64,000 nt of DNA, taken from assembly GCA_951406725.2 (NCBI GenBank), contig OX597828.1, positions 16,554,001-16,618,000 of the forward strand, given 5' to 3'. The notes under the pieces were generated by a model. The model was not told where the DNA came from, ran no database searches, and saw only the letters and a program-made list of their open reading frames with translations. Source of the stretch: Octopus vulgaris (taxonomy: Eukaryota). Every line of letters begins with the position of its first letter. Position 1 is the stretch's first letter. Positions 43,800-58,616 of the stretch are shown piece after piece. The position numbers were made by a program, and so were the translations under genes.

Positions 43800-44205
43800 T
43801 TGGCTATGTGGTAAGTAGCTTGCTAACCAACCACATAGTTCTGGGTTCAGTCCCACTGCGTGACATCTTGGGCAAGTGTCTTCTACTATAGCCTCGGGCC
43901 GACCAAAGCCTTGTGAGTGGATTTGGTAGACGGAAACTGAAAGAAGCCCGTCATATATATGTATATATATATATGTATGTGTGTGTATATGTTTGTGTGT
44001 CTGTGTTTGTCCCTCTAGCATTGTTTGACAACCGATGCTGGTGTGTTTACGTCCCCGTCACTTAGCGGTTCGGCAAAAGAGACCGATATAATAAGTACTG
44101 GGCTTACTAAGAATAAGTCCTAGGGTCGATTTGCTCGACTAAAGTCGGTGCTCCTGCATGGCCGCAGTCAAATGACTGAAACAAGTAAAAGAGTAAAAAA
44201 AGAGT
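43800..44205 (+). mobile_element. Family A SINE (a further 3' half follows at about 44225-44430)
   Basis: Close match to 19710-20143. Confidence 0.9.
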
Positions 44206-45037
44206 ATATATGTGTGTGTGTGTGTGTGTGTGTCTGTATGTGTTTGTCCCTACCACCGCTTGACAACTGGTGTTGGTGTGTTTACGTCCCCGTATCAGAG
44301 TGGTTCGGCCAAAGAGTCCGATAGAGTATCAGGCATAAATATAAAAGTTCTCTCGGGTCGATTCATTCGACTAAAAATTCTTCAGCGCGGTGCCCCAAAA
44401 TGGCCGCAGTCAAATGACTGAAACAAGTTAAAATATACATACGTACAAGCGTAAATACATAAATACGTACGTACATACATAAATACATACATACATACAT
44501 ACATACATACATACATACATACATACATACATACATACATACATACATACATTCATATATACATACGTACAGACGTACGTACATACATAGATGTATATAA
44601 TCACAAGCACACACTCTCTCAGTCTCTCTTTAATAAACACATATAAACAGAGAGAGAGAGAGAGAAAGAAAGAGAGTGACAGAGAGAGAGAGAGAGAGAC
44701 AGAGAGAGGGGGGAGAATAAGTCACTGAGCGTGTGAGTAAGGAAGCGATGGGAAATGGAGGAAATTGAGACCGACAGACAGACAGCAAGTGTAAGTGATG
44801 GAAGCAGAGAAAAAGGGGAAAAAACGTATATTGAGAGAGGGAGAGAGAGAGAAGGAGAGAAGGAAGAGAGAGTGTGTGAGGGAGAGCGATAGAAATATGG
44901 AGTAAAAGAGACAGCGAGATAAATAAATATTTGGGAAAAGAGAGAGAGAAGGAGAGAGAGAGAGAGAGGGAGAGGGAGACAGACCAAGCAAATGTCTTAC
45001 AAAAGGGGAATGAAAATAAGAAAGACGAAAGAGTAAT

Positions 45038-45079
<42 letters not shown>

Positions 45080-45674
45080 GGGAGAGAGTTTGAGAGATAG
45101 AGAGGTTGGAGGTGGCGGTTAAAGAAAGTGTGAATAGAAAAAGTGAGGGGGAGGGAAGGATATAGGGAGAGAAAAAGAGAAAAGTGATGGCGGTCGGGTT
45201 CGTAGGACGTTGTTTTTAATTATAGTTAATGCTGTCAGTTTTATTACAGTCATACTGACACGGTCACAGTGATCAACAAGAAACATTATTATTTCTACGA
45301 TGTATCTTTATGATGTCAATTGAACGGAACGCCGTCATATTATATTTAAGCCTCGGTTGAATCTTTTGTTTTACACACATGCATACATTTACAGATTCAC
45401 AAACACACACACACATACACACACACAAACACACACACACACATGTATATATGTATACACCTACATATATTTTACACACACAAACACACATATATACACA
45501 CACATATATACGAATATATTGTAAATATAAATGTGTGTATTTAAATATAAGTAGCTTTATACATGGGTGTGTGTATGTATATATATACATATATATATAC
45601 ACATATTCATATGTATATATATATACATATATATATACACATATTCATATGTATATATATACATATATATATAC

Positions 45675-45711
<37 letters not shown>

Positions 45712-45805
45712 CCAGTGTGCATGTGTGTATATATATGAATATGAGCATATATAGATATGTAGGCGTGTGTATGTTTATGCGAATGTTTGTGTGTGTATGT
45801 ATGTG

Positions 45806-45844
<39 letters not shown>

Positions 45845-46079
45845 CATACACAAACGCTTATGCACACATATGTATGTGTTTTGTTGTTGTTGCTTTATTG
45901 ATGTTGTTGCAGTTACTGATGTTGTGGTGCCGTAGTGTTGTTGTGATGCTGTGGTAACTCAGCCCCAGGGCAGCTCTGATCGACATTAGACCTATGATCG
46001 AAATTCTCCCAAGTTTACTTGAGAGAGCCATACAAGAAAAAAAAACAACAAAAAACATAGACATACATCCATAATATAC

Positions 46080-46132
<53 letters not shown>

Positions 46133-46506
46133 TATGCGTGTGTGTGTATGTGTCTGTGTATTATATATATATATGTATGTAAGTACGTATATGTATTTGT
46201 GTATGTTATATGCGTGCGCATGTGTGTGTGTGTGTTGTTACTCTGACAAGATTACTCTTGTTTAAAGTTCACATCCATCAGAAGTCGTTCTCTGCCCACA
46301 TTTTTACATGTGTCACACCTAACACCACGCTTATTATTAAATTTTTCTCTTATTTCATTTTACTCGTTCTGTATTTTTGTTGTTGTTACTGTTGTTATTG
46401 TTGGTGTTGTTGTTGTTTTGATTATGCTTTGTTTTTTTTGTTTTTTCTTTTCATTTCCTTTCCGATGCATTTTATGTTTAACTTTCTCACGTCTCTCTCT
46501 CTCTCT

Positions 46507-46694
46507 CTCTCTCATTCTTTGTGTGTGTGTCTCTCTCATTCTTTGTGTGTGTGTCTCTCTCATTCTTTGTGTGTGTGTCTCTCTCATTCTTTGTGTGTGT
46601 GTCTCTCTCATTCTTTGTGTGTGTGTCTCTCTCATTCTTTGTGTGTGTGTCTCTCTCATTCTTTGTGTGTGTGTCTCTCTCATTCTTTGTGTGT
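46507..46694. repeat. 24-bp minisatellite, about 8 copies
   Basis: Unit ctctctcattctttgtgtgtgtgt repeated identically. Confidence 0.95.
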
Positions 46695-46727
46695 TTTTGT
46701 GTATGTGTATGTGTGTGTGTATGTGTG

Positions 46728-46759
<32 letters not shown>

Positions 46760-46879
46760 TACCTTTACCTCTTCCCTTGTTTTTCTCTCCTTAGCTTTCT
46801 GTTCTCTGTCCCCCTCTCAATCAACCTCATTCTCGTTCTCCGTTTCTGCCTTCCTCTCTTCCTCATTCTCTTCTCTTCT

Positions 46880-46911
<32 letters not shown>

Positions 46912-48323
46912 AATCCTCTCCTTCCTAATCCTGCTCACATTTTCCCTCTATATCTCTCAATTGTCTCTTGTATCACTGTACTCCTCAATCTCTCCTTATA
47001 TTTCTCCCTTATCCACACTTTTCTCGGTTCTGCCCCACCACTACGCTTTGTCTCTGTCTGTCTGTCTGTCTGTCTGTCTGTTTCTCTCTCTCTCTCTGTC
47101 TCTCTTTCTCCCTCTGTTAACCCTCCATTCATTGCCTCATTTCCTCACTTTTTCTTTCTCCTCTTTCTTCGCTTTCTCTCGCTCACTAGATCTTTCCTTT
47201 CCTCACCTCTATGTCTGTCTGTCTCTTTCACCCTCTCTCTTTCTCTTGCTCTCTCTCTCTCTCTTTCTCTGTCTCTCTGTCTCAGATTTTTTTCTCGCCT
47301 TCACTCCATCTTATTCCCCTCCATTGTCTCCAACCTTCGCTTTGTTTCATTTTCCATTTCATTCCCCCATCACTTTTTCTCACTCACATGCACTTTCCTT
47401 TACCTTCTCTTTTCCCTTCTTCTTCCCCTTCCTCTCCCATTATCCTTCCTTGCTCTCCTCGCACAAAATGGCACCACGATTTCTCTCGTTCCGTCGTCGC
47501 TATGTCGTCGTCGTCGTCCCCCGCCACATCACACCACTTTACTTCTGGTTTCTGCTTTCTTACATCAAACACAGCACAGCACAAACAACAGCAGAACACA
47601 TCTCAGCTCAGCTCAGCTCAGCTCAGTTCAGTTCAAACCTAATGCCCGGATGTAATAACAGATTCCTACTTCATTTTCATTACTCCCACCACACCTCTCC
47701 ACTCCTCTCCCGACTCATCCTCCCCACCCCCACCCCTGTCTCCTACTCCTCCAACTACTTCCCTCGCTGCTGCTTCCTCGTTCCTCGTACTTTCCCACCC
47801 ACCACTATTAGCGTTGCTGTCGACAGGATCAACTACTCACCATAACCATCGATGACAATCATTAATCACGTACACTTGATATTGCTGTTAGTTTGTATAA
47901 TTTTCTTCTTTCTGACATATCCATTTGACCGAACATTCCGAACAAAACTTGCCCTGTCACACACATGTCGCTTTATAAACACAGCCAATATTATTATTGC
48001 TGATGTTTTTACCGTGAAGTAACGAATTTCACTTCAGTCCGTCAAATCAAGTCGGTTGGTTGGTCTGTCAGTCGGTTGTCGTTCCTTGCCTTCCATATTT
48101 TATTTATTTATTTATTTGTTTGTTTATTTGATTGTTTATAAATTTTTCTTAGTGTTTTTTTTTTCTCTTTTCTCAATTTACTTTTTCTTCAAAATTATTT
48201 TATATTTTTGTGGACTTCTTCATTTTGCATTGACTCTGTCACTGTGTCTCTATCGCTGTTTCTATCTTTCTGTCATTGTCTCTGTCTGCCTGTCCGTCTG
48301 TCTGTTTTTCTCTCTCTCAATCA

Positions 48324-48503
<180 letters not shown>

Positions 48504-48614
48504 CTATCTATATATATATATATATATATATACCTGTGTATGTATGTATGCATGTATGTAAGCATGTATATTTGTATGTATATATGTATGTATGTATATA
48601 TGTATGTATGTATG

Positions 48615-48648
<34 letters not shown>

Positions 48649-48846
48649 TGTATGTATGTGTGTGTATGTGCGTGTGACTGTGTATGTGTGCATGTACGTA
48701 TGTATGCATATATGAGTGTATGTATGAAAACCTGCATGTATGTATGGATGCAAGCATGTAGAAGTTTATATATTTATATGCAAAAAATATGCATTCACTG
48801 AGAACGAGAGTAGCGACTGGCATAGACTCAGTTGTTAATATGTATG

Positions 48847-48877
<31 letters not shown>

Positions 48878-49785
48878 ACATGCATTTATGTATGCATGTA
48901 TTTACCGACCTACATCGCAATCTACCTACCTACATTATGTGTGCATGTATGTATGCATGTATGTAAGTATGTATGTATGTATGCATGTATGTAAGTATGT
49001 ATGAATGTATGTATGCATGTATGTAAGTATGTACGTATGCATGCATGTATGTATGTATGTATGCATGTATGTATGTATGTATGTATGTATGTATGTATGT
49101 ATCTATGTGTCTATCTATCTACCTACTTATCTATCAGTTTGTGTCTTTGTCTACCAGTCCGTCTGTCTGTCAGTCTATCTATGATATATACCTGTGAGAA
49201 AGTCTAGGAGCCATTTTCAATTAAAGAAACCAAGACGAAGTTAGACATGGCGAATAATAATATAATGTAATATATTAAATTATATTAAAATACTTCATTA
49301 CTGACGATCATGTGTTTTGCTCAGCACATTTGGAAACAATAGAAACAAATCATTTCAATTTAATGGTGTATGCATACAAAGCATTCATACTTATGTATAC
49401 ATTCAATCTCACTCATATGCCTATATTTATGGATACATAGATATGTATGTAAGTATTTTTGTGTACACACGCAAACACACACATACACACACATATATAT
49501 CAACATGTGTATATGCAAATATTTATGTATGAATTTATCTAGCTATCAGTCTTTCTACATTCATAAATACATACTTACAAACATACATACATATATATAT
49601 GTGTATATTTATGTATGTATGTATGTATGAGTATGTATTTATATATATATATATATATATATAGATAGATATAAACATACGTAAATATTTGTATTTGAAC
49701 ACACACACACACGCATATGTGCAGAAATATACAAATATACATATTTTCGTACATCACCATGCAGATATATCTAAACGTAAACACT

Positions 49786-49872
<87 letters not shown>

Positions 49873-49984
49873 TTATACCCGGATATACATATGCAAAGCA
49901 GAAGCATCACAACGAGAAAACAACAAACAAAAATGACGTTTATTTAAACTAGTAATGTTTTCTAAATTTTAAAGTGTCAATAGG

Positions 49985-50745
49985 TTTAAAATATTTCAGC
50001 GAACTACACGTAAAATGTCTGCAAGAAGAAATGAATTGTGAATTTCCATTTACCAAGGATTCTTTATAAGATATATAAAATATATATATTGAATATGAAT
50101 ATTCTAATGTTCATAACTGTTAGAGTCCTCGCTAGTTCTGTTGTCTGGCTTTTGTTAAGATCTTTCACAATATTTTCAGTTGTGCATTTGGGTTACTTAG
50201 CTGCCAGATGTAAGCCGACAGTGAAGTACTGGAATTTTTTTATTTATTTTACAATAACTTATTCGTGATAGCATTTTAAAAGTTTTAAAGTCATATTTTA
50301 AGAGTTCTTCATGATTGTCGTTCGATTGTTCATTGAAGACTTTACGTTTGGAGACAATGAAGATACTGTTTGAGGAAATAATTTTTTATTAGGTTTTCCA
50401 GAAGTTTCTGTGGGAGATGTATTGATTGTTTATGTATAAAAGCGTCTTGTGTGCCATTTTGTATAGTCTAAATGCGTTAGATAAATCCAGTGACATGTCT
50501 AGAAAGTCCACTCTTTTATTCGTGGTTTCGCTCTGATATTAAATCCTAATTGCTTGCAGAAATCTTTCCGGAATCTATCCGTAGAATAGTGGGAGAGGCA
50601 AGGGTGCATGTTTCATAATAACAGCAATTTGTCATCTCGACACAGGCCCCATTCTAAGAACGGAAATCTTGTCTTCATTTTGTGTTAAACACATAGAACA
50701 ACGCAGGCACAAACGTCTGCTGATTCCCTCGATTCAATGCAGAGC
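49985..50745 (-). pseudogene. Decayed Penelope-like element RT plus endonuclease C-terminus (Naiad-like)
   Basis: GLCRDD (50631-50648, cf. GLYRDD), DRFRKD, NKRVDFLDMSLDLS, then STSLSAYIWQL and SSCRHF; frameshifts, stops and an internal deletion. Confidence 0.8.
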
Positions 50746-50833
50746 TTCATGTGTTTGTTATAATGCTATTTTATCCATGTGTTATTGTTGAATACGGACT
50801 AATAATATGTTTTATCTATCCATCCATCCATCC

Positions 50834-50899
<66 letters not shown>

Positions 50900-50957
50900 T
50901 TTTTTTCCTCTCCCCCTTTTTTTAACCCCCTTTTTTTGTCCTCTTTCTCTCCTTTTA

Positions 50958-51078
50958 CGATCCCTTTTGATCGAAACTCCCCCTTCCTTTTTTTTTTTTT
51001 TTTTTAAACCTTCAAAAGAAAAGCTCTACCTTGTAATTTGTTCTATCTGTGTGCAGCCCTGTGTGGCTAATAAAGAAA
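50958..51078 (+). mobile_element. Possible LINE 3' UTR fragment
   Basis: T-rich tract then gccctgtgtggctaataaagaaa, loosely similar to the end at 38880-38900. Confidence 0.4.
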
Positions 51079-51196
51079 CATATCTGTCTGTATGTCTGTC
51101 TGTTAGTCTGTCTGCCTCTGTCTGGTTAGTTGTCAATCACGCTGTCTCCTGCACGTGCACACACATACACACACCACGCACGCGCTCACTATATGA

Positions 51197-51237
<41 letters not shown>

Positions 51238-51577
51238 TATAATAATGTTTATATAGTTATATATGTATACATATATATATATATATGTGTGTATACACAC
51301 ACACACATATATATATATATGTGTGTGTGTGTGGTGGGTGTGTTAGTGTATGTACCCGTATATGTGTGCGTGTACATGCAAATATTCATTTATAGTCTCA
51401 TAGACACAAAGGTACTGAGACCAGTAATATGTACAATCAAAGAAAAGACGCCAAAACAGTGAAAACGACAAATCTTTTATTTCTTTATTTACTAATTTCA
51501 TTATAAACTGTTGTGTACTTTTTGCTCCTGATTGAATTAAACGAAAATTAAAAGAGGATTAGTTAACAAATATACAT

Positions 51578-51843
51578 CAGGGGTTCTCAACCCTTTTTTT
51601 TTTGTCTATGGACCCCTTTGATTACTATTTTATTTTGGTGGAGCCCCATAGCCATTCAGTGTTTAAAAACTAGTTTTATAGAGTGGCTGTGTGGTAAGTA
51701 GCTTGCTTACCAACCACATGGTTCCGGGTTCAGTTCCCTGCGTGGTACCTTGGGCAAGTGTCTTCTAATATAGCCTCGGGCCGACTAAAGCCTTGTAAGT
51801 GGATTTGGTAGACGGAAACTGAATGAAGCCCGTCGTATATATG

Positions 51844-51898
<55 letters not shown>

Positions 51899-52255
51899 TA
51901 AATATATATATATATCTGTGTGTGTTTGTGTGTCTGTGTTTTTCCCTCCAACATCGCTTGACAACCGATGCTGGTGTGTTTGCGTCCTCGTAACCTAGCG
52001 GTTCGGCAAAAGAAACCGATAGAATAAGTACTAGGCTTACAAAGAATAAGTCGACTAAAAAGTGGTGCCCCAGCTTGACCGCAGTCAAATGACTAAAACA
52101 AGTAAAAAAAAGAACTTCCAAAATTCCGATTTTGTTTTTCACACATTAATTTGTGAAGGTTGAACAATGTAAAACGTTAGAGAAAGAAACCTAGCTGCCT
52201 CTTACAGCACATCAATACATACATCGAGGGGAAAATATTTTCAGGGACCCTTAAA
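51578..52255 (+). mobile_element. hAT-like non-autonomous fragment interrupted by a SINE
   Basis: Starts CAGGGGTTCTCAAC (hAT/Charlie-type TIR) with repeated tggacccc-like subterminal motifs; no right TIR found. Confidence 0.55.
51681..52111 (+). mobile_element. Family A SINE
   Basis: gagtggctgtgtggtaag head through aaacaagtaaaa tail. Confidence 0.9.
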
Positions 52256-52660
52256 GTACTTAAAATATATATACGCTTCTTTCCCTTTCCGCCTATCAGA
52301 TCCACTCAGAAAACTTTTGTCGGCCTGAGGCTATAGTAGAATACACTTACCCAAGGTGCCACGCAGTGGGACTGATCCCAGAACCATGTGGTTGGAAAGC
52401 AAGCTTCTTACCACACAGCCATGCCTGAACCTGATTAAGAAACATACGCGTATATGAAACCCTCAAAGTACTGAGGCTGATTTGCTCGACTTAAATTCCT
52501 CAAGGCGTTGCCCCAGCATGGGAACAGTGTAATGACTGACGCAAGTAAAAAAATAATGCAAAGGCTTAAATTTTGAAGTGCAACATCTCGAAATTTATCA
52601 TCATGTATCTAAAATATATTGTGTAACACACACACACACATATGTATATATATATATATG

Positions 52661-52706
<46 letters not shown>

Positions 52707-53036
52707 CATACGGGTGGGTATGCATATATATGTATACATATGTGTGTGCTTGTTTGCGTGCGCGCGCGCGCCTGTGTGTGTGTACCTATGTATCTAGTTA
52801 ATAAATTTGGGATTTTAATATTTTAAAAACATTAAAGACGGCACAGTGCAAAAAAAATAAAATATTAATATAATTTGCGCCTTTGATATCGAACTTTCGC
52901 AGCTGATCAGTCAAAATATATAGGTCGTTCTGGTTCTATCAATCCATCTTTCTTTCTATCTATCTATCTATCTATCTATCTACCTACCTCGATATATAGA
53001 TCTGTTTCTATCTACTTTAAGCTATTTACACTCATA

Positions 53037-53082
<46 letters not shown>

Positions 53083-53086
<4 letters not shown>

Positions 53087-53196
53087 AAATTAATATGTGA
53101 CAATTACTCGGTATCCAAGATAAAACTCTGAGTTCGGCATCCGAAACTCAGAGTTTTATCTTGGCTACCGAGTAATTGTCGCATATTATTTTTACA
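53083..53196. repeat. 55-bp-arm fold-back with hammerhead 3' half
   Basis: Arms 53083-53137 and 53141-53196, loop cat, 3 mismatches and 1 indel; right arm ccGAAAC-TCAGA-GTT. Confidence 0.95.
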
Positions 53197-53257
53197 GATA
53201 AATTCCTCCATTTACATAATGTTGATGTCTCTTTCTTTTGTTATCTTACCGTTTTTA

Positions 53258-53327
<70 letters not shown>

Positions 53328-53591
53328 CATACATACATATACATACATGTATGCCTACATGCACACATACACCCTTACACACTTACTTTCTCTCATCACC
53401 TAACGCATGTAAAGTTTACTCTTGGGTATATCTTTTCAGCTGTTTCTAACTTCGGTTCGGCCATTTTTTCCCTACTTTACTTACGCCGTATTTTTCATGC
53501 GTTTTTTTCATCTATATTTTGATGTGTTTTATTTTACGCTTTATATGTATTATATAATCTCTCTCACTCTCTCTCTCTCTCACACACACAA

Positions 53592-53626
<35 letters not shown>

Positions 53627-53915
53627 CGTTCACGTAGTATTCTTTCTCTCTTTCTCTCTTTGCCATGCTTTTAGCAAGAAAACTGAGTCTAAATTCGGCT
53701 GATTTACTGAAGCAGCTTCTGTCTTGGAGACAATTCTTGTAATGTATCACCCACCACACTCAAACACATACACGCACACCCTCACTAACACACGCATGCA
53801 CACACATAGACACATGTGTGTATATGTCATTTTTAGAGTGTGTAATGCATTATATATATATATATGTATGTATGTATATATATATATGTTTGCGCATATA
53901 TAAATGCATACATAA

Positions 53916-53998
<83 letters not shown>

Positions 53999-54691
53999 CA
54001 TCTACAAATATATTACATATAAACACACCAACACACACTCACATATATACATACGTGCGTGTGTCTTCCTTCTGGTGTTTGTGTGCCATAGTATATATAT
54101 ATGTAAATATGCATACACACATACATACAGCTATAGATATAAATGTATACGTACACACATCTACATATGTACACACATGCACACACACACATACACACAC
54201 ACACATATATATATATACACACACACCGAAACACACAAGCACACACACACACACGCACTAACAGAGACACACACACACATATCTATATACATTTCCTCTT
54301 CTATGGCAAGATGGGCGCACGTCACGTGTCATGGAATCGCGACAAGCTTTCATAATAAATGGGAGCTACAGGGCAATATTACTTTAATAGCATATCATGG
54401 CTTGGATAGTACAGTCTTCTTCTCCTCCTCCGCATCCCTTTCCACCGCCACCCTCATAACCTCCTCCCCTTCCTCCCCCCTTCGCCTTCTACTGCGTATC
54501 TTTCTTTCTACCACTTCTCTCCTCTCTCTTTCTCTCTTTTTTTTTTCTTCAGGATCTTCGTTTGTCTAAGGTCAAGACAATTTTCAAATTGTCTGTTTCG
54601 ATTCTGCTACCACTTGGGTCCTGATTGCACGCAAACGTTGGATTTTGACACATCTCCAAATGATTTTCCTTGAATAGTGTGCTCTCCCTCA

Positions 54692-54774
<83 letters not shown>

Positions 54775-55511
54775 CTACTATAGAACTGGTCGGTAGTGAC
54801 AGATGTCTCCTTGGTCAGAATAGTCAGTCATATCTTCGTTTGAAGCTTATCAAAATTGTATACATTCTTTCATTTTGCTAAGGCTAACTACACTTGTGAC
54901 GTCTCCTCTAACATCTGCCAGCACAGATGTAGTCAAGATTGATTTAACCACACCCGGCCAACCAACCAACCAACCAACCAAGGCTTAAGCATTCATTCCG
55001 ACGCCCCACGTGACTACTGTGTGATACTAAAAGAAAAAAGAAAGAAGAAAAAAAAAGAAACAATTACAAAATAACGAAAGACAGAACAAAGAAGAAATAA
55101 TTCTTTCGAACTTTGCAAAAGTTATGATAAACTAACCACGCTGACTTTAATTCGCACAAGCACCATATATATACACCGTACTGTAGCATGGCCGCAGTTT
55201 TAGAGATAGTGACAGAGCTCCAGACACATATGCAGTATATATACAGATATACCTGCAAATATATATGTACACGTATGTATATACAATTATGTATGTATAT
55301 ATATAAATATGTATATATATATAAATATATGTATATATGTATATATATGTATATATATGTATATATATATATGTATATATATGTATATATATGTATATAT
55401 ATATGTATATATATATATGTACACAGACATACATGTATATAACTATATATATGTTTATATGCATATATACATATATTTACACACATGTATATACATATAT
55501 CTATACTTATC

Positions 55512-55626
55512 CTAGTACTTATTCTATCGGTCTCTTTTGCCGAATCACTAAGTTACTGGAAAGTAAACACACTAACATCGTTTGTCAAGAGATGTTGAGG
55601 AGTCAAACACAGATACACAAACACCC

Positions 55627-55668
<42 letters not shown>

Positions 55669-55793
55669 ACACAGATACACAGACACATGTTCACGACGGG
55701 CTTCTTTCAGTTTCCGTCGACCAAATCCACTCACAAGGCTTTGGACGGCCCTAGGCTTTAGTAGAAGACACGTGCCCAAGGTACCACGCAGTC
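55512..55793 (-). mobile_element. Family A SINE internal fragment
   Basis: ctagtacttattctatcggtctc..(CA)n..acgacgggcttctttcag..cccaaggtaccacgcagt. Confidence 0.8.
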
Positions 55794-56509
55794 AAAAGTA
55801 GCATGTAAAAGCTTGGTTATGTTAATTATTGGTTGTCACAAATTGCTACAATATATATATATACAGTCTTTGGTAACAAGGACATGTTAAGGACATAAAA
55901 ATGTTTAACATGTTCATGAAAATATTGGGCACAAAGATTCCAAAATCAATATACATTCTCAAGAAAATGTTAAAGATAGTTTCCAGAAGGGATTATTAAA
56001 ACGTTCAGTGGAATATTGGTATACACGCACAGAATATTATGAATTCAAAAAGGTTTACATTATGGTAGTAGGCAAGTCCAAACTGACCTGGTCCACGGTG
56101 TTATCATAAAAGACTATTTACTATTTCAAGAGACCCTGTAGGTGTGTTTGGGGGTGGGGTGGGGGGGTGGGGGTAATGTGGAGCTGAAAAGAATTTCTTC
56201 TTTTTGTCTCTCCTTCACCCATCGCTGATTTGGGGGGTTGGTCATTATATATATGTAGTAAGTCACAATCAAGGTGCTCCAGAGAAACGAACAAACACAA
56301 AAACACACACACACAAAAAAAAAAAAAAAAAAGCGCGATGACGTGGTACTTGTAAATTATTAGCAGACGCTCAGGGAAGGAAAGAAAGGTGGTTTTACGT
56401 TTCGAGCAGACGGTTCACATGTAGTTACATTTTGAAATAAGTCCTGGGTCGATTTTTTTGGCATGACCGCATCGATATGACTGAAACGAATTTAAAGTAT
56501 AAAAGAATA

Positions 56510-56547
<38 letters not shown>

Positions 56548-56786
56548 ATGATAAGAGTAAATAATTTCTATAAAGGCTTTTAAAGAAACCCCAATTATTT
56601 ACTTGTAGAATTCGGTATGTAAATATAGCCGATTACCGGCAGGAACTTCTGTAAAGTTCAGTATATATATTGTATATAAGAAAAAGGGACAGGCAAAACA
56701 GGTTGCTTGACCGCATACCGAAAAAATAGAAATAGCAGTCAAGAATGCTTATTTCTATCAACTTTGATATATATATATATATATAT

Positions 56787-56916
56787 AGGGAGAATTCACA
56801 AAAGAACAAAAGACGAAGAAAGGTTGTGTTAGCAACAAACAGATGTATTAGTATAACGCTCGGGAAGTGAAAAAGTCTTTAACATATCGAACCTACGCTC
56901 TTCCACAGAAAGGAAC
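56787..56916 (-). mobile_element. Short Penelope-type repeat with decayed variant hammerhead
   Basis: Homologous to 40994-41128; a related partial copy lies at about 56340-56407. Confidence 0.65.
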
Positions 56917-56944
56917 ACACACACACACACACACACCCACACAC

Positions 56945-56989
<45 letters not shown>

Positions 56990-57297
56990 ACGTACGCACG
57001 CACACACACACACACATACACGCACTCTCTCTCTCTCCCTCTCTCTCACACACACACACATGTATATATGTTATTGTTCAGTTTTATACAGAAAGGGCCG
57101 GTTTCTAATCTAAATCCAAGGCTTCTCAATCGATGTCTGTACGTACATACGTACTTACGTACGTATTTATGTATGTATGTATGTATGTATGTATGTATGT
57201 AGTTAGGTATTACGTATGTATATATGTATATATGTTATTAGGTATTACGTATGTATGTATGTATGTATGTATGTATGTATGTATGTATGTATGTATG

Positions 57298-57328
<31 letters not shown>

Positions 57329-57341
57329 TGTGTGTTTGTGT

Positions 57342-57615
57342 GGAGGCGAGTGGCTTAGAAGTTAGGGTATTTTGGTTAACGATCGTAAATTCATGAATTT
57401 TATTCATGGAGCGAGACACTTTGTTTCAAATTGCTCTGCTCTTCTCAGCCGGCAAGAATTATTTGTACCTTTAATTCAAAGAATCAGACTTGAAACGTTC
57501 TGTCTTGGTACGCATTCCTGTGGAGAGTTTAACCACTTCCCTGTTAAATTCACGAGGAAGCTGCTCCATTGTGCGGATCAAGTGGAACACACGTCGTCGC
57601 TATTGACGGAGTGCC
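57342..57615 (+). mobile_element. Old family C-related SINE
   Basis: ggaggcgagtggcttagaagttagggt head; tail resembles the reverse complement of 37210-37330. Confidence 0.55.
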
Positions 57616-57630
57616 AGTTATATGTGTACG

Positions 57631-57677
<47 letters not shown>

Positions 57678-57693
57678 ATATATTTTTTTATTC

Positions 57694-58001
57694 CTTTACT
57701 TGTTTCAGTCATTTGACTACAGCCATGCTGGAGCACCACATTTAGTCGAACAAATCGACGCTTGGACATATTCCTTGTAAGTGCAGTACTTATTCTATCG
57801 GTTTCTAAATGCCGAACCACTAATTGGCGGGGACGTAAACACACCAACATTGGTTGTCAAGCGATGGTGGGGGAGGGGGGTCAAACACAGAAGCACACAC
57901 ATATACATACATACATACATACATACATACATACATACATAGGTACATACATACATATATATATAGCATAATACATAATATATATACACATACATGTATG
58001 C

Positions 58002-58045
<44 letters not shown>

Positions 58046-58200
58046 GTCAGGCTTCTTTCAGTTTTCGTATACCATATCCACTCACAAGGATTTGGTCGGC
58101 TCTAGGCTATAGAAGAAGACACTTGGCCAAGGTGCAAGGGTGTGGGACTGAATCCGAAACCATGTGGTTGGGAAGCAAACTTCTTACTACTACTACGCCT
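57694..58200 (-). mobile_element. Family A SINE
   Basis: Tail, expanded central microsatellite and head present. Confidence 0.85.
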
Positions 58201-58212
58201 ATATATTATATA

Positions 58213-58258
<46 letters not shown>

Positions 58259-58455
58259 GTGTGTGTGTGTGTGTGTGTGTGCGTGTCTGTCTATGTGTGT
58301 GTATGTGTGTGTGTGTGTATGTGTATGTCTCTTAATTTACCTGTAGATGTTTTTGTATGTTTATATAATTGCGTACATACATTTATGGACGTATAAATAT
58401 ATGTGCATACATGCACACCTACGTATACGCACACCCACGTGTGTGTATGTATGTA

Positions 58456-58536
<81 letters not shown>

Positions 58537-58616
58537 GTATTATATACCGGAGTAAACACATAAATGTGAAACAAGGTGGAAAAAGAGTACTCAAATACCA
58601 GTGGTAGAGTAATATG

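Noticed and set aside
46507-46694. CRISPR-like periodicity
   Set aside because: No unique spacers, no cas genes, eukaryotic context.
46310-47845. 511-aa ORF
   Set aside because: Stop-poor CT/GT low-complexity DNA; no recognisable protein.
49301-49337. CTGACGA...GAAAC with ATGTG/CACAT stem
   Set aside because: No stem III, cleavage triplet or stem I; could be chance or a heavily decayed relic.
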